Shown here: piece by piece, positions 45,530-55,925 of the stretch
Layout of the letters: every line of letters starts with the position of its first letter
How positions within the stretch are numbered: position 1 is the first letter of the stretch
Source: a virus
IMG/VR virus record: IMGVR_UViG_3300043675_000007
Span: 4,556-68,555 of that record
DNA length: 64,000 nucleotides
Strand: one strand, 5' to 3'
Made by a program: the position numbers and the translations under genes
Notes under the pieces: model-generated
The model's input: only the letters and a program-made list of their open reading frames with translations
The model's database searches: none
What the model was told of the DNA's origin: nothing

Positions 45530-46675
45530 GCACATTTGACGGGAAGGATACCTGGGCGGTGGTGCGCGAGCTCCTGGCCCAGCGTGACATGCTCAATACC
45601 GCCATGCGCGCGATCCTGGCGGATGACCAGAGCTACATGCAAATCTTCGCGCAGGACTACGGGATGCAAACCGATTTGGACCCCATCCGCAAGACCGACA
45701 TCATCAAGCACGCGGTCGCACGAATCGACCAATGGAGATAGCAGCGTGAACAGATACTCGAAGCAGGACGACGATACGGCGGAGATCAAGCTGGCCAAGA
45801 TCAGGGAGCGGATCCGCAAAACAAACTTCCCCGACCCGTACGCACCGCTCCAGTGGCGAAAAGACTCCGACACCCGCCTCGTAAGCCACTGCGGAAGGTT
45901 CGCGATCGAAAAACACGGCGAAGGTGACGCGGTTCGCTACACCGCGAAATTGCAGCCGCATTCGGTCTTGGGTGTCCGCCTGTTCACAGCGGAGAGCGCG
46001 AAGGAGGTGTGCAATCGGCACGCCTCCCCGCTCCCCCTCGAGCCGCCGAAGGAGCCTCGGCAACAGGAGTTGGTCACCGATCGGGACCCCGGGAGTGATG
46101 ACGAATGACGCTACACGAGCGTTTGGAACAGATAGCGAAAGACTTACGTGGGCTGGCTAGCGAGATGATCGCCGGCGGGGAGTCCGACAGCGCCATCGCC
46201 CTGCTCCAGGCCGAGCGCGCCGTTGCTCACGCCAACGATGTGATGGCAGACAATTTTGACACGCAGGTCACTGTCCTGCTCGACGACTCATGAACGAGGA
46301 TCAAATGCTGCGCTGGGTTGTGCGTCATCGGCTACGCACCCTGCGCAGCTGCATGCGGATCATCACCGCGAAAGCCGCATTTCGCCGCTTCGCGCTTCGC
46401 TATCTGGAGCGCTCATGCCGTTCGTGAGACTCCCCGGCGGCCAGGTCGCCCACGTGCGCATGAGTAAGCCGCGCCGGCGCCGCTGCAAGGTGTGCGGCCA
46501 TGCGACCGATGAGCGCTTCTTGAGGGAGTGCGATTTCACCCTGCCGAATGGCAAGACCTGTGATCTTCTGATGTGCGACAAGTGCGCATTCCAGGTCAAA
46601 CCTAATTTCGACCTATGTCCGGAGCACAGCCCGGAGAGGGTCTTCCAAGCCCAACCACCCAAGGAGTCAGCATGA
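45526..46675 (+). CDS. short hypothetical genes (45526-45741, 45746-46108, 46105-46293, 46415-46675; the last is a Cys/His zinc finger)
   Basis: Coupled ORFs on the + strand. CKVC..CD...TCD..MC..C...DLCPEH pattern in the last one. Confidence 0.5.
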
Positions 46676-47286
46676 AACTCATCGTCTATGACTGCGAGAT
46701 TTTAAACGCCATCCCCGACAGCATCACCAAGCTCGCGCCGCTGCCCGGCATCAATTATTGCAAGGGCTGGGGGGATCATGCCGGCATGGGTATCGCCGTG
46801 ATCTGTGCCTATGTCTGGGGCGAGGGCTATCGGGTGTTCCTCGGGGACAACATGGCGGAGTTCCACCAGCTCGCGCTCTCCAAGTCATCCATCATGGTTG
46901 GCTTCAATAACCGCGCTTTCGATGACAAGTTGCTCAGGGCCAATCTCCCGGTTGATCTTCCAGAGGATCGCTCCTGGGATCTGTTGCGCGAGGTGCGCCG
47001 CGCGAAGGGCCGGAATCCAGATGCACCCGGGAGCAGCACTGGGGGGCTGGATGGATTGGCGCGCGCTAACTTCCTCGAGGGGAAGAAAAGCACCGCCAAT
47101 GCACCGATCGATTGGCAGCAGGGAGCCCGCGGCAAGGTGATCGATCAGTGCCTCACCGATGTAATACTCACCAAGAAGCTCGTGGAGCTCGCGCTCGATT
47201 ATCGGCTGCGCGATACCGAGACGGGGCGCAAGCTCAACGTGAACATTGACCTGCTCAAGGCCGGTGTCGACCTGGTAGAAGCATGA
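46672..47286 (+). CDS. RNase H-like/DEDD 3'-5' exonuclease
   Basis: IVYDCEI, VGFNNRAFD, SWDLL, GLDGLA..N and CLTDV motifs. AAGGAG RBS. Confidence 0.75.
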   Translation: MKLIVYDCEILNAIPDSITKLAPLPGINYCKGWGDHAGMGIAVICAYVWGEGYRVFLGDNMAEFHQLALSKSSIMVGFNNRAFDDKLLRANLPVDLPEDRSWDLLREVRRAKGRNPDAPGSSTGGLDGLARANFLEGKKSTANAPIDWQQGARGKVIDQCLTDVILTKKLVELALDYRLRDTETGRKLNVNIDLLKAGVDLVEA

Positions 47287-47705
47287 GCTCGGTGGTTCGC
47301 TTCTATCTCGGCGCCATGCCATTTGCTGAGTACGTGACGGATGGCTTGCCGCTGCGCGGAGAATACGTGAGGTTCGCGCCAGATGGGCCCGCATACCTGA
47401 TCGAAGCCATCGTGTGCCATTACGACAAACGCGGCTCTATACCCCGCGCCGATGTCGCCCTGTCGGAACAGAATCCGGGCGGCATCCAGCCTTTCCCACA
47501 AATCACCAGGGCGCCGAAGCAATTCGTGCCCATCGAATCGATCGAGCCACCACCAGAGGAAATTCAACATGCAGAAGCTGTCAATAACAAAAAGGGCCGG
47601 CAACATCGGGGGGTCGATCGTCAATCGAACCCAGATGCACGGGAAGAAGGAAAAGGTGCCGGCGATATCGCTCCCGGTGCTGGGGATCATCCTCACCGAG
47701 GATGA
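47283..47705 (+). CDS. hypothetical protein
   Basis: ATGA coupling. The C-terminal part overlaps the next gene. Confidence 0.35.
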   Translation: MSSVVRFYLGAMPFAEYVTDGLPLRGEYVRFAPDGPAYLIEAIVCHYDKRGSIPRADVALSEQNPGGIQPFPQITRAPKQFVPIESIEPPPEEIQHAEAVNNKKGRQHRGVDRQSNPDAREEGKGAGDIAPGAGDHPHRG

Positions 47706-48240
47706 GTTCTGCGCGATCATGCAGGACCCGAGCGCCTACAGCTGCTACTTCACGAACGAGCGCTCAAGGGTGTGGGAGCCGCGCTTCCCAGGGATCGAGC
47801 CCATCACGCTCTCGGACAAGTTCGAAGGGGCGCGCGCAACCATCAAAATTGAGGACTCGGTTGAGCCCTTGGTTCTGAAACCGGCGACGATCGGCGGTAT
47901 CGTGATCGTGTGCATGGGCGCACAGCCGATCATGAAGTGCATGGTATCGGGCGTGCCGGACGTGCATTTGCAGACCCTCACCTTTCTTAACAAGCGTTGC
48001 ACGGTCTCAATCCTGAATGGCGCGCTGGATCGCAGCGAGAATCAGAACGACTTGGTGCTCGAGGGCGGCGGCCCGACGATCCATCCCCCTGAAAATGACG
48101 ACGATGACGGGGATGGTCCTACCGGGGCGCAAGTTGACCAGGACGAGGCGGAGGCGACCGCATCAGCCATGGGCCGGCAGATTGGCAACAGCGATCTTAA
48201 AGCCGCTGCGAAGAAGAAACGCGCTGCGAAGGCGCGGTAG
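47569..48240 (+). CDS. hypothetical protein
   Basis: GAGG RBS. Last gene before the terminator. Acidic then basic C-terminus. Confidence 0.55.
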   Translation: MQKLSITKRAGNIGGSIVNRTQMHGKKEKVPAISLPVLGIILTEDEFCAIMQDPSAYSCYFTNERSRVWEPRFPGIEPITLSDKFEGARATIKIEDSVEPLVLKPATIGGIVIVCMGAQPIMKCMVSGVPDVHLQTLTFLNKRCTVSILNGALDRSENQNDLVLEGGGPTIHPPENDDDDGDGPTGAQVDQDEAEATASAMGRQIGNSDLKAAAKKKRAAKAR

Positions 48241-48244
48241 TCCC

Positions 48245-48286
48245 AAAAGAAAAAGGCCCGGGGAGTTCAAAGTCCCGGGCCTTTCT
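48245..48286. terminator. bidirectional intrinsic terminator between convergent operons
   Basis: AAAGGCCCGGG (48252-48262) pairs with CCCGGGCCTTT (48274-48284). A-tract on the left and T-tract on the right. Confidence 0.8.
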
Positions 48287-48349
48287 CAAATCATCCTTGA
48301 TGGCATCGTCGAACAACGTCTGGCGTGAGGCCAGACTACCGGCTTTGCC

Positions 48350-48862
48350 TTACTGCGTAAAGGTTCCGACCAAGGTACCGGCAGAAGGCGCGGCGAGCGG
48401 TGGCGGGGGAGCCGCAGCGGCCACGACGTCGTTGGACGGTGCACCGGCAGTACCGGCCGTGTCCGTGACGAAGAAGGTGTAATCATCGCCCACCGCCGCG
48501 TTCGTATCCGCGAACAGCAGGTCGGAGGGCTGCAGGCCGGCGCCCGGGGAAGCGGCATTGTTGACTTGGAGGACCTGGAGCGCAGATCCGCCGGCCGGGA
48601 CCTTCTGGAAGGTGATCGAGGCGATGGCGGCGGCCACCAAGGCCGAGCCGTCGACGCGGGTGGTTGGCGGGGTCGCCGAAAGAGCCATTTGTGACATGTT
48701 GGAGTCTCCTGAAAGGGTGAATATGCCGGTCAGCGTGCCGGCCGCTGGTGCTGCTTCGTGGTGGTGGTGGGGGTGCAGGAGCTTCTTAATCTCATGCACC
48801 ACGTTGCGCTCGAGGCGCTCGAAGAGTCTCTCCAACACACGGATAAATTCGCGTTCATTCAT
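48350..48862 (-). CDS. FN3-like small protein with a His tract; possible internal start at 48697
   Basis: PPTTRVDGSAL...YTFFVTDTAG..GAPSNDV is FN3-like. AGGAG lies before the internal ATG. Confidence 0.55.
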   Translation of the reverse strand: MNEREFIRVLERLFERLERNVVHEIKKLLHPHHHHEAAPAAGTLTGIFTLSGDSNMSQMALSATPPTTRVDGSALVAAAIASITFQKVPAGGSALQVLQVNNAASPGAGLQPSDLLFADTNAAVGDDYTFFVTDTAGTAGAPSNDVVAAAAPPPPLAAPSAGTLVGTFTQ

Positions 48863-49143
48863 GCCGGGCAAACTGTACTTTGTTCCGCGAGGCTGCGCAC
48901 CTATTTCCTATCAACTAGTCGGTTGCTGGTAGGTCTTAGTCTGATGCCAGTGATTGGCAAGTTGCAGTACTATCCCGCCCCATGAGCCGCCTCACCGACT
49001 ATCGCTTCGAGCTGCAGCACAATGGCTATGTGCTCGGGCATGTGTGCGCGGGGGGCACGGAGATTTCCGAGGCCTGCAACGATGAGGCGATCTACTGGTT
49101 CGGGCTGCGCGCCCTCACCCGCGTGACCGCGCGAGCGCGGGCC

Positions 49144-50814
49144 TTAAGCGTACCGTTTGCGGGGAGCGCGCTTCCACGCCCACGGGGAAATTTCGTCCCG
49201 CTCATCGTCCGGTAGCTGCAAGTCGTGGTAGCGGCGCATGTACATCCAGGCCATGACCAAGGTTGAGACGTAATCGTCATGATCACCATTTGGGAACTTC
49301 GAGGCTTCTTCGATGACCTTGTACGCGAAGGGGCGCGGCGGGTAGAAGATGCACCCCTTCTCGAGCATAAGGCTGGCGGGGTGGGCTCGCGCGATGAGAT
49401 CGCCCTGCTTGCCCGGCTTGCCACTGGAGCCTGCGAGGGTGACCGCTTTGATGGGCAATCGCTTGCGGCGCAGCTCCTGAATGAGAGAGTGACCCGAGGA
49501 TTTCTTTTCCACCAAGATCCAGTCCGGTGCGAACTCGTTATTGGCCTCGATGGCAGCGGTCCGCAGGTCCGGATACGCCAGGCGCTCCTGCATCGCATCG
49601 AGCAGCATGGCGCACACGCGCCGCTGGCCGGCCACGGGACGCTTTAGCTCCTTATCCCAGTGCATCTCCTGGTGATCGAATAGGCCCCAGGTCGTGCGCG
49701 CCGAGTAGTCGTCCTCTTCCTCTTCCTCAAAGGCGGTATCCCAGACCTGAATGATTTCGGAAAACCGGGGCATGGGACGTTCGGTATTGGGCGACATGCG
49801 CCATTCCGGCTGTATCCACGGGCGCCACCACTTGCGCTTCAAGATCAATCCGCCCTCACCCGTGGGCGCCTGGTTTTGCTGTGCCTGCCAGCCGCGCTCG
49901 GACATGTTGGCCTTCTCGTGGTTGACCGTCTTGGCGCTCATGCGCTTTGGGTCAAGTACCTCGAGCTCCAACTTTCGCGGGTCGGTGAAGATTGGGCCGT
50001 CATCCAACAACGGGCCGTCCCCCTTATTCTTGAAGGTGATGCAGCGGGATCCGGGGTTGAACTCCTGCGGGATGATCAAGTGGCACCAGCGCTTGCCCTC
50101 GCGCTCGAGCACGTGGCCGAAGATGTCCATGTCGTGCGTGCGCTGCCCGACGTAGACTTTCTTCGCCGTGTCCGGATTATTGACGCGCGAGCGCCAGGCG
50201 TTGTCGTGCCAGGCAAGGGCGGAGTGGCGTACCGCGTCCGATTCGATCTTCTTCGCATCGTGCGGGTCATCGAGGATCTGCGTCGTGCCGCCGACGCCGG
50301 TAATGCGCCCCTGCAAAGAGGCGGTCATGCGGTAGCCGCCCTTGCGGTTGCGGTACATGCCGACCTGGTTCTCATCATCAAAAAGCTCAATCTCGCCGGG
50401 CCACTGGCGCTGATACCACTCGGAGGTGATCAAGCGGCGCGAGAGAATCGCGGCATCATTGGCGAGCACCTGGTCAACGCCGGCGGTTAGGAACTGCTCG
50501 CCCGGGATGTGCAGCCAATGCCACGCGGGCCACAGCACCGAGACGATCATCGTCTTTGACATGCGCGGCGGGATGTTCACCATCAGGAAGCGAATCTCGC
50601 CCAAGGACACGTAGGCCAAGTGGTCGCAAAAGGCGTCCATGTGCCAGTTCCAAATCGGCGCCTCGGGTAGTAACTGCGTCCAGGCGCGTTTGCAGAAGGT
50701 GGCGAGTGAGCGGCGTGCGGAGGCGGCCGCGAGCTCGGTGAACGAGGTGCGCAGCGCTTGGGGCGTAAGCTTGGGTGCGGGCTTTAGCTGATCGCCCGTC
50801 AAGAGGTTGTACAT
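49144..50814 (-). CDS. terL: terminase large subunit
   Basis: NIPPRMSKT (Walker A), ITG.GG...ILDDPH (Walker B), VGQRTH, WDTAF...DYSA, VEKKSSG and FPNGDHDDYV motifs. Confidence 0.92.
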   Translation of the reverse strand: MYNLLTGDQLKPAPKLTPQALRTSFTELAAASARRSLATFCKRAWTQLLPEAPIWNWHMDAFCDHLAYVSLGEIRFLMVNIPPRMSKTMIVSVLWPAWHWLHIPGEQFLTAGVDQVLANDAAILSRRLITSEWYQRQWPGEIELFDDENQVGMYRNRKGGYRMTASLQGRITGVGGTTQILDDPHDAKKIESDAVRHSALAWHDNAWRSRVNNPDTAKKVYVGQRTHDMDIFGHVLEREGKRWCHLIIPQEFNPGSRCITFKNKGDGPLLDDGPIFTDPRKLELEVLDPKRMSAKTVNHEKANMSERGWQAQQNQAPTGEGGLILKRKWWRPWIQPEWRMSPNTERPMPRFSEIIQVWDTAFEEEEEDDYSARTTWGLFDHQEMHWDKELKRPVAGQRRVCAMLLDAMQERLAYPDLRTAAIEANNEFAPDWILVEKKSSGHSLIQELRRKRLPIKAVTLAGSSGKPGKQGDLIARAHPASLMLEKGCIFYPPRPFAYKVIEEASKFPNGDHDDYVSTLVMAWMYMRRYHDLQLPDDERDEISPWAWKRAPRKRYA

Positions 50815-50844
50815 CTCAGGCCTTCCCGCCTGGCGGTTTTTTAT

Positions 50845-51078
50845 TTAGGCCACGTGGATGCGGATCCGCACACCGGCGTCTTTCGCCAAACGAAAGAGCC
50901 ACCCAATGGAGAATTGATCGTGCCTGGCACTGCGCAACCTAGAAAGCCTGGTAAAGCCGACATTGGCGTGGTCGGCCGCTTCCTCGAGCGTGCGAAAGCG
51001 TGCGCGGAGGTCCTGATCGATTACCTGCATGATGGCGAGCTTGAATTTCGCCTCATCCGATAATTCGGCTTCTTCCAA
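50845..51078 (-). CDS. XRE-family HTH protein
   Basis: TLEEAADHANVGFTRLSRLR...FSIGWLFRLA. Confidence 0.6.
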   Translation of the reverse strand: MEEAELSDEAKFKLAIMQVIDQDLRARFRTLEEAADHANVGFTRLSRLRSARHDQFSIGWLFRLAKDAGVRIRIHVA

Positions 51079-51083
51079 CGCGG

Positions 51084-51416
51084 CTACTCGTTATCGCCGC
51101 TGCCGGCCGCCTTATCGACCGTGTCCATGATTTGCTGCTCGCGCATCCGTCCGCCGATGCCGGAAACACTGGTCGATTGCGAGGGGGCGGCTTTGGCGGC
51201 GGCCGCCGGCGCCGGATCAGAGGCGGAAGCGGGCCCGAAGGCCGATTGGGTGGGAGGGGAGACGGTGCGGCGTGGGCCCTGGCGATTGCCGTCCGAGTCG
51301 CGCGCATCTCCTTCGGAGGGCACCGCGTGCTGCGGTCCGCGGTTCACGACGTTCTGCATGCCGGGCTTGTGCGCCGGCGTCGACATCTCTTTGGCGTAAT
51401 CCGTTGTGTCTGACAT
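51084..51416 (-). CDS. hypothetical protein
   Basis: GGAG RBS. Lies between terS and terL. Confidence 0.45.
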   Translation of the reverse strand: MSDTTDYAKEMSTPAHKPGMQNVVNRGPQHAVPSEGDARDSDGNRQGPRRTVSPPTQSAFGPASASDPAPAAAAKAAPSQSTSVSGIGGRMREQQIMDTVDKAAGSGDNE

Positions 51417-51476
51417 AGCGACTCCCTGGCTTGTAAGGGCTGCAAATATGTCACATGCGCGCGTGTAGTCAATGTC

Positions 51477-52298
51477 CTACTTGCCAGTCTCCGGCATCAA
51501 GACCCCGCCGGGTACCTTGGTGGCTTCCTCGTATTCCTCTTTCGTGAAGCCCAACTGCTGCGCAAACTCAGGTCCGACGAGTGGCATCAGGTCTTGCGTG
51601 AGGGCGAGAATCTTGGAGGTGGGGACATCATCTAAGTGCAAATGCGCATGCAGGTGGCGGTGCTGGTGGTTCTCCCAGATGATCTTTTCCAAGAACATGC
51701 CGAGTTGCCGGCCCATGCTGGAAAGATACTGATGCTGCTCGCGCGGATCCGGTAGACGGTATTGCAGCACCCCGCCGACGGAACCGGTGACATGCACGGT
51801 GGCCAGCTGCTCGCGGGTGAGCTCGTGGATGGGTTTCCAGCGCGTGGCGTGCACCGGCTTGCCTTCCCAGGTGAGCACTTCCTCGCTCTCCACTTCCGCG
51901 CCGCTCTTCGCATCCTTCTTTCGCACCGTGCGGGTCATCGGCGTCTCTGAGCGCTCGATAAAGTCCTGCGGGTTGAAGAGCGCCTTGCGTGCCATCGTTT
52001 GCAGCACATCGGCCTGTTCGACATCGAGGCTCTTGGCCACTTCCCGGCTCTTAGCCTCCCGCAAGGGGCGTAGGTACTCCGCAAAGCGCTCGAGCTTGGC
52101 TAGGGCCCGGGTGCCGGCTTTGCGCCCGCCCTTGAAGCCTGCCTCCTTGTACGCGCGCGGGGTATCGAAGTGTTCGAGCCAGCGGGCGCAGAAGACCTTG
52201 TCCGATTCTCTGATCGGGAAGTGGTGGGAGGATAGGGGGCGCTTGACGGCTTTCTTTTTTACCGGGGCGCTGTTTTTCGCTCGGCCTTTTCCCGCCAC
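51477..52298 (-). CDS. terS: terminase small subunit (putative)
   Basis: FCARWL..FD..RAY.EAG HTH, then VLQTMARKA.FNP.DF and LSSMGRQLGMF. Located upstream of terL. Confidence 0.65.
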   Translation of the reverse strand: MAGKGRAKNSAPVKKKAVKRPLSSHHFPIRESDKVFCARWLEHFDTPRAYKEAGFKGGRKAGTRALAKLERFAEYLRPLREAKSREVAKSLDVEQADVLQTMARKALFNPQDFIERSETPMTRTVRKKDAKSGAEVESEEVLTWEGKPVHATRWKPIHELTREQLATVHVTGSVGGVLQYRLPDPREQHQYLSSMGRQLGMFLEKIIWENHQHRHLHAHLHLDDVPTSKILALTQDLMPLVGPEFAQQLGFTKEEYEEATKVPGGVLMPETGK

Positions 52299-52507
52299 GC
52301 TTTACTCCTCGCTTGCACCGTGTAGCCGTGGGCGGTGGGCACGAACACCACCGTGCCGTAGTCCACCAGTTCGATCCCCTTGATCTCGAGGGCCATGCGC
52401 AACGAATCCTCCACACTGTACGCGGTCGCCATGCAGCGCCGGCCCTGTGCCGCGTTCAACTTGACGTCGAGTTCCTCGAGAAAGAGTAGGTCCATCACCA
52501 GTCTCAC
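52259..52507 (-). CDS. hypothetical protein
   Basis: ORF in the late operon upstream of terS. Confidence 0.35.
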   Translation of the reverse strand: MRLVMDLLFLEELDVKLNAAQGRRCMATAYSVEDSLRMALEIKGIELVDYGTVVFVPTAHGYTVQARSKAWREKAERKTAPR

Positions 52508-52616
52508 TTGCTACATGCCCATGGTTTGATTGCCATCCAGACAGAACTGACTGCGCTCATCGTAATCACGAAGAAGGTCAACAGCAGCGCGAGGATCAGG
52601 GCGTCGCGTATGACTT

Positions 52617-53369
52617 TCATGAGCGCAGCTTTTTGACTTTCTTCACGAGCTGGATCTTGATGCCGTACAGGTGCTCGGCCATCTTGATCTTATTTTTCGA
52701 CTCCCGGGTGTGGAAGCCCTTGGTGTCGATGTAGCGAACCACCCATAGCCGCTCACCAGTCAGGCGCTCGACGTCCAAGCCGAATTCGGTATAGGTCACG
52801 AAGTCCACCCGCAGGATGACCCCGCCCGGCAGATGTATCGGCACCTGGCGCAGGTAGTAGCTTATTTCGTTGGCCTTGCGCAGGAATTCAAGCTGGCTGT
52901 AGTAGTCCGCCTCGAGGATGGAGTCGAACCGGATGCCATCGCGCACGCGCTTGGTGTTCTTGTACTTGCCGTTGCGCGCCGCGGCCGCGCTGGCATCCAG
53001 GTTCTTCAGGAACTTGTTGTCGATCGACCGAACGTGCGCCGGCGTGGTGAGCGGGTTATTCGGCCGCTGCGGGTTAGCGATCGCCCTCACCTTCCTGCTC
53101 GAAGGCGCGGCGCGAATGTGGGCCTCCGTCGCGCTCATCACGCGCTTGGCCTTGCGCTTCTTCGCCGGCTCCATGCGCCGCTTGGTTTCCTTGACCGCGG
53201 AACGCGCGGCGAGCTCCGCCGGCGTCGCCGGGACAGGGTCCCCGTTCATGTCGACTGCGTTGCCGGTGCTGTTGGCGATGACCTGTAGCGTCGCCTTGGG
53301 CAATCCTCGGCCGCTGTTCTTCTTGAAGTTGGTGAGGTCCTCTTCGGACCAGCGCAGACCTGCGGTCAT
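52617..53369 (-). CDS. DUF1064-like PD-(D/E)xK endonuclease
   Basis: KYKN....DGIRFDS.LEA.YY, RQVP, VDFV and IDTKG motifs. Confidence 0.75.
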   Translation of the reverse strand: MTAGLRWSEEDLTNFKKNSGRGLPKATLQVIANSTGNAVDMNGDPVPATPAELAARSAVKETKRRMEPAKKRKAKRVMSATEAHIRAAPSSRKVRAIANPQRPNNPLTTPAHVRSIDNKFLKNLDASAAAARNGKYKNTKRVRDGIRFDSILEADYYSQLEFLRKANEISYYLRQVPIHLPGGVILRVDFVTYTEFGLDVERLTGERLWVVRYIDTKGFHTRESKNKIKMAEHLYGIKIQLVKKVKKLRS

Positions 53370-54017
53370 GAATCTACCCTCCTGAGCTCTTTGGGGATTT
53401 TGTGGCCGTAGCGATCCTGGAGGATGCGCCGCGTGGTCATGGTCAAGTCGCGCCGGCAGTAGTCGTCCGCGACTTTAAGCCACTCGGTGATCAAATGGGG
53501 GTCAAGAGGCTTTGCACAGCGGGCCCGATCGGCCGCGATCAGACGGAGGGCGAGCTTGTCCCCTTCTTGGGCGAGCCTGACGATGTGGCGCGCATTCACG
53601 CGCTGCCATTCGTGTGTCTGCGTGAAGTTCACGCAGATGGCCGCGGCGGCTCGATTCCCCTGAGTTTGCGGATCACATCCGCTATGACCTTGTCGCGGTC
53701 TCTCAGGTTGTGGCCTGGGTTGATGACGAGATTACCGAGCGGGTGCAGGGTGTTCTGATTGCTGCACGCGGCCTGGTGAAACCCACCCTCGGCCACGTGA
53801 CAGCACTGACACTTGTACATCCGCCGACTCTTTACCCGCCGGCGGCGGCGATGTCGGCATCCAACTGAGAATGCGCGATACCGTATTGGGCGAGCACCGC
53901 CTGGATGTCCGATTGCGAGACGGCGCCGCCGCTCGAGGCCTTCTGAAACAGGGCCATCACTTCGGGGGCGGCCTGGAGTAAGCCGGAGAGCAAGGCGAGA
54001 ATCATGGCGGGGGTCAT
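53366..54017 (-). CDS. three short hypothetical genes (53366-53632, 53629-53820, 53832-54017)
   Basis: Coupled ORFs downstream of the lysis genes. Confidence 0.4.
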
Positions 54018-54436
54018 GTTTGCACCGTGGGGGGAGAGAGTTTAGCCGTGCACGCGGCAAATGTCGTTGGGGTCAAGGGCTTCGCGGTAAGACACGCCGA
54101 TATTACTGCGACACTCCCCAGTGCGCTTGCGAGGTTCGCATTGGCGGTGGCCGTGTTGCCCAGCTGCGCGGCAGAATTCGCGGCATCGAGCACGATCTTG
54201 ATGCTATCGGCTACCCCTTCCACCTTTCTGGCTTGAGCGGCGTTGATCGCGCCCGCCTTTAGCGCCGTATCGGTTGCCGTCAGGACCAACGTATCCGCGG
54301 TAACCGCGCCGGTGTAGAGCGCTTCGAAGCTTTGCAGGGCGGTAGGCGGCGTCCCCGTCGTCGGTGTTGACTGGCATCCGCTAAGTCCCCCGAGTATCGC
54401 TGCCGACAGGGTTAATAGCAGCAGCAGGATCAGCAT
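54014..54436 (-). CDS. lipoprotein, possibly spanin-like
   Basis: Hydrophobic signal with an LSGC lipobox. Lies in the lysis cassette and overlaps the upstream membrane gene. Confidence 0.6.
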   Translation of the reverse strand: MLILLLLLTLSAAILGGLSGCQSTPTTGTPPTALQSFEALYTGAVTADTLVLTATDTALKAGAINAAQARKVEGVADSIKIVLDAANSAAQLGNTATANANLASALGSVAVISACLTAKPLTPTTFAACTAKLSPPTVQT

Positions 54437-54827
54437 TGGGTGCAGGCGCGGGCTTAAGAGTGGCGATAGGTGCATTGGCATCTCCAGTGGGTGAAGTGGG
54501 CCGAGCGATGGACGGCACGGTGCCGGCCGGTGCATTGACTGGTGAGGTAACGGTGGTCTTCGAACCATCGGGCGCGGTGTGGGACTGCGTCACCATGTTG
54601 GATGAGTCCGGGATGCCGTTCGTGCGCTGGCGCTGAAACCAGAAGTAAATGATGATGAGGCACGCGCCGGTCAGCCAGTTCATCGTGCTCGAGAAGTCTT
54701 TGGTTTGATCGGCGCTGAACTTGGCATAGCCGAGCTCGTAGCCGCCGATGATGAGGAAGGTGCCGAGGATAAAGAGCACCGAGAGCCCGATCTGCGCCCA
54801 CGCCATCATTTTGTCGGTCGGGTTCAT
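54381..54827 (-). CDS. holin-like two-TM protein
   Basis: Two hydrophobic helices ending IIIYFWF. Adjacent to the endolysin. Confidence 0.55.
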   Translation of the reverse strand: MNPTDKMMAWAQIGLSVLFILGTFLIIGGYELGYAKFSADQTKDFSSTMNWLTGACLIIIYFWFQRQRTNGIPDSSNMVTQSHTAPDGSKTTVTSPVNAPAGTVPSIARPTSPTGDANAPIATLKPAPAPNADPAAAINPVGSDTRGT

Positions 54828-55315
54828 GTCGCCATCCCTATGTCAGTTGGCCATTGGCCTGTGAGGATTTCTTGCTCGATCCGGTTCGCACGCACCGCAT
54901 GGACTTCTGAGAGCCATACGGTGTTGCTCTTGATTTCTGACATAGCGGCAGGATAGTCCTTTGCTCCCATGTAGGACAGGAATTTGGGCCAGCCTAGGAG
55001 GCCGTTAACTCCTAAATTGAAGGTGAGGTCCGCGAGTGCGACCTGGCGCACTTCATCCTGCGTGCTGTACCAAGGGTAGGCTGCGAGCGCGGCGCGCGCC
55101 TTGTTGATGCGGTTCGTCTCGAGAAAATCGAGTTCCACCTTGTCGAACGGCACCATGAGATTGATCCCGATGCCGACGGAGATGTTGCCCTTGAGGCTCA
55201 TTCCTTTCAGGAACGGCTTACCCGTCGCATCATCGTAAATCACGGCGCTGTTGCCTTCTTCGACGGCAAGTTCCGCCTCGAGGTGAACGTCTAAGTCATC
55301 CGGCGGTGTCGACAT
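54824..55315 (-). CDS. endolysin (T4-type/GH24-like lysozyme)
   Basis: EEG....Y.D.TG...ISVGIG.NL, RQVALADL.FNLG and W..EV..RA.R motifs. Confidence 0.8.
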   Translation of the reverse strand: MSTPPDDLDVHLEAELAVEEGNSAVIYDDATGKPFLKGMSLKGNISVGIGINLMVPFDKVELDFLETNRINKARAALAAYPWYSTQDEVRQVALADLTFNLGVNGLLGWPKFLSYMGAKDYPAAMSEIKSNTVWLSEVHAVRANRIEQEILTGQWPTDIGMAT

Positions 55316-55924
55316 CTTTTGCCCTCCCTTCTTCTAGCCCGCGGGCGTGCCCCTCGGCATCGCCCTGGGCAAGTTTCGCGCTACTCAGTTCTTTGACCAG
55401 GCCGTTGGTGGCTTTATGGATCTCTTCGACCTTGACCACAGTGGCGTCGACCTTTCTGCCATTGCGCAGGGAGACGAGTACCCCTGCGATACTGCCGATC
55501 GCGGCGAGCAGCGCGGCGAGGGAGGTAATGATCGAGGCTACTTCCGGCGTGGTCATCGGTCGGTGCTCCGGGTGCGGTCTTGGGGTGAGCGATAGGGGAA
55601 AGCATCGATGCGGTCATGGATGCGCTCCAGGCCATTGGCCATACCATCTTCGATGCGTTCGAGTCCTTTTTGCGTGTTGTCCTCGATGCGATCGAGCCGG
55701 CGCGTGTTCTCCACGTGCTGGGCCACCTGCGCTTGCGCAATCGTGCGCCGTTCTTCGGCAATTTTCTCCATCTGCTTTTCAAGGTCATCGTGTGTCACGT
55801 AATTCACGCGCTCCTTCTCAAGCGCGGCCACCTTGCCCCACCACACGGCGCCAATCGCGGTCAGCAGGGCGCCGAAGGCCGTTATGAGGTAATTGAATAA
55901 AGTCTGGGACGGTGGGCTATCCAT
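55296..55924 (-). CDS. two single-TM coiled-coil proteins (55296-55556, 55553-55924), holin/lysis-associated
   Basis: Each has an N-terminal TM helix followed by a coiled coil. Directly upstream of the endolysin. Confidence 0.5.
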
Positions 55925-55925
55925 G

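Noticed and set aside
48982-49215. 77-aa + strand ORF between the FN3-like gene and terL
   Set aside because: No clear RBS, and it overlaps the terL 3' end on the opposite strand. Left uncalled.
50825-50846. CCGC-CTG-GCGG-TTTTTT + strand terminator-like element
   Set aside because: The stem is only 4 bp with a 3-nt loop and no clear + strand transcript reaches it. Too weak to call.
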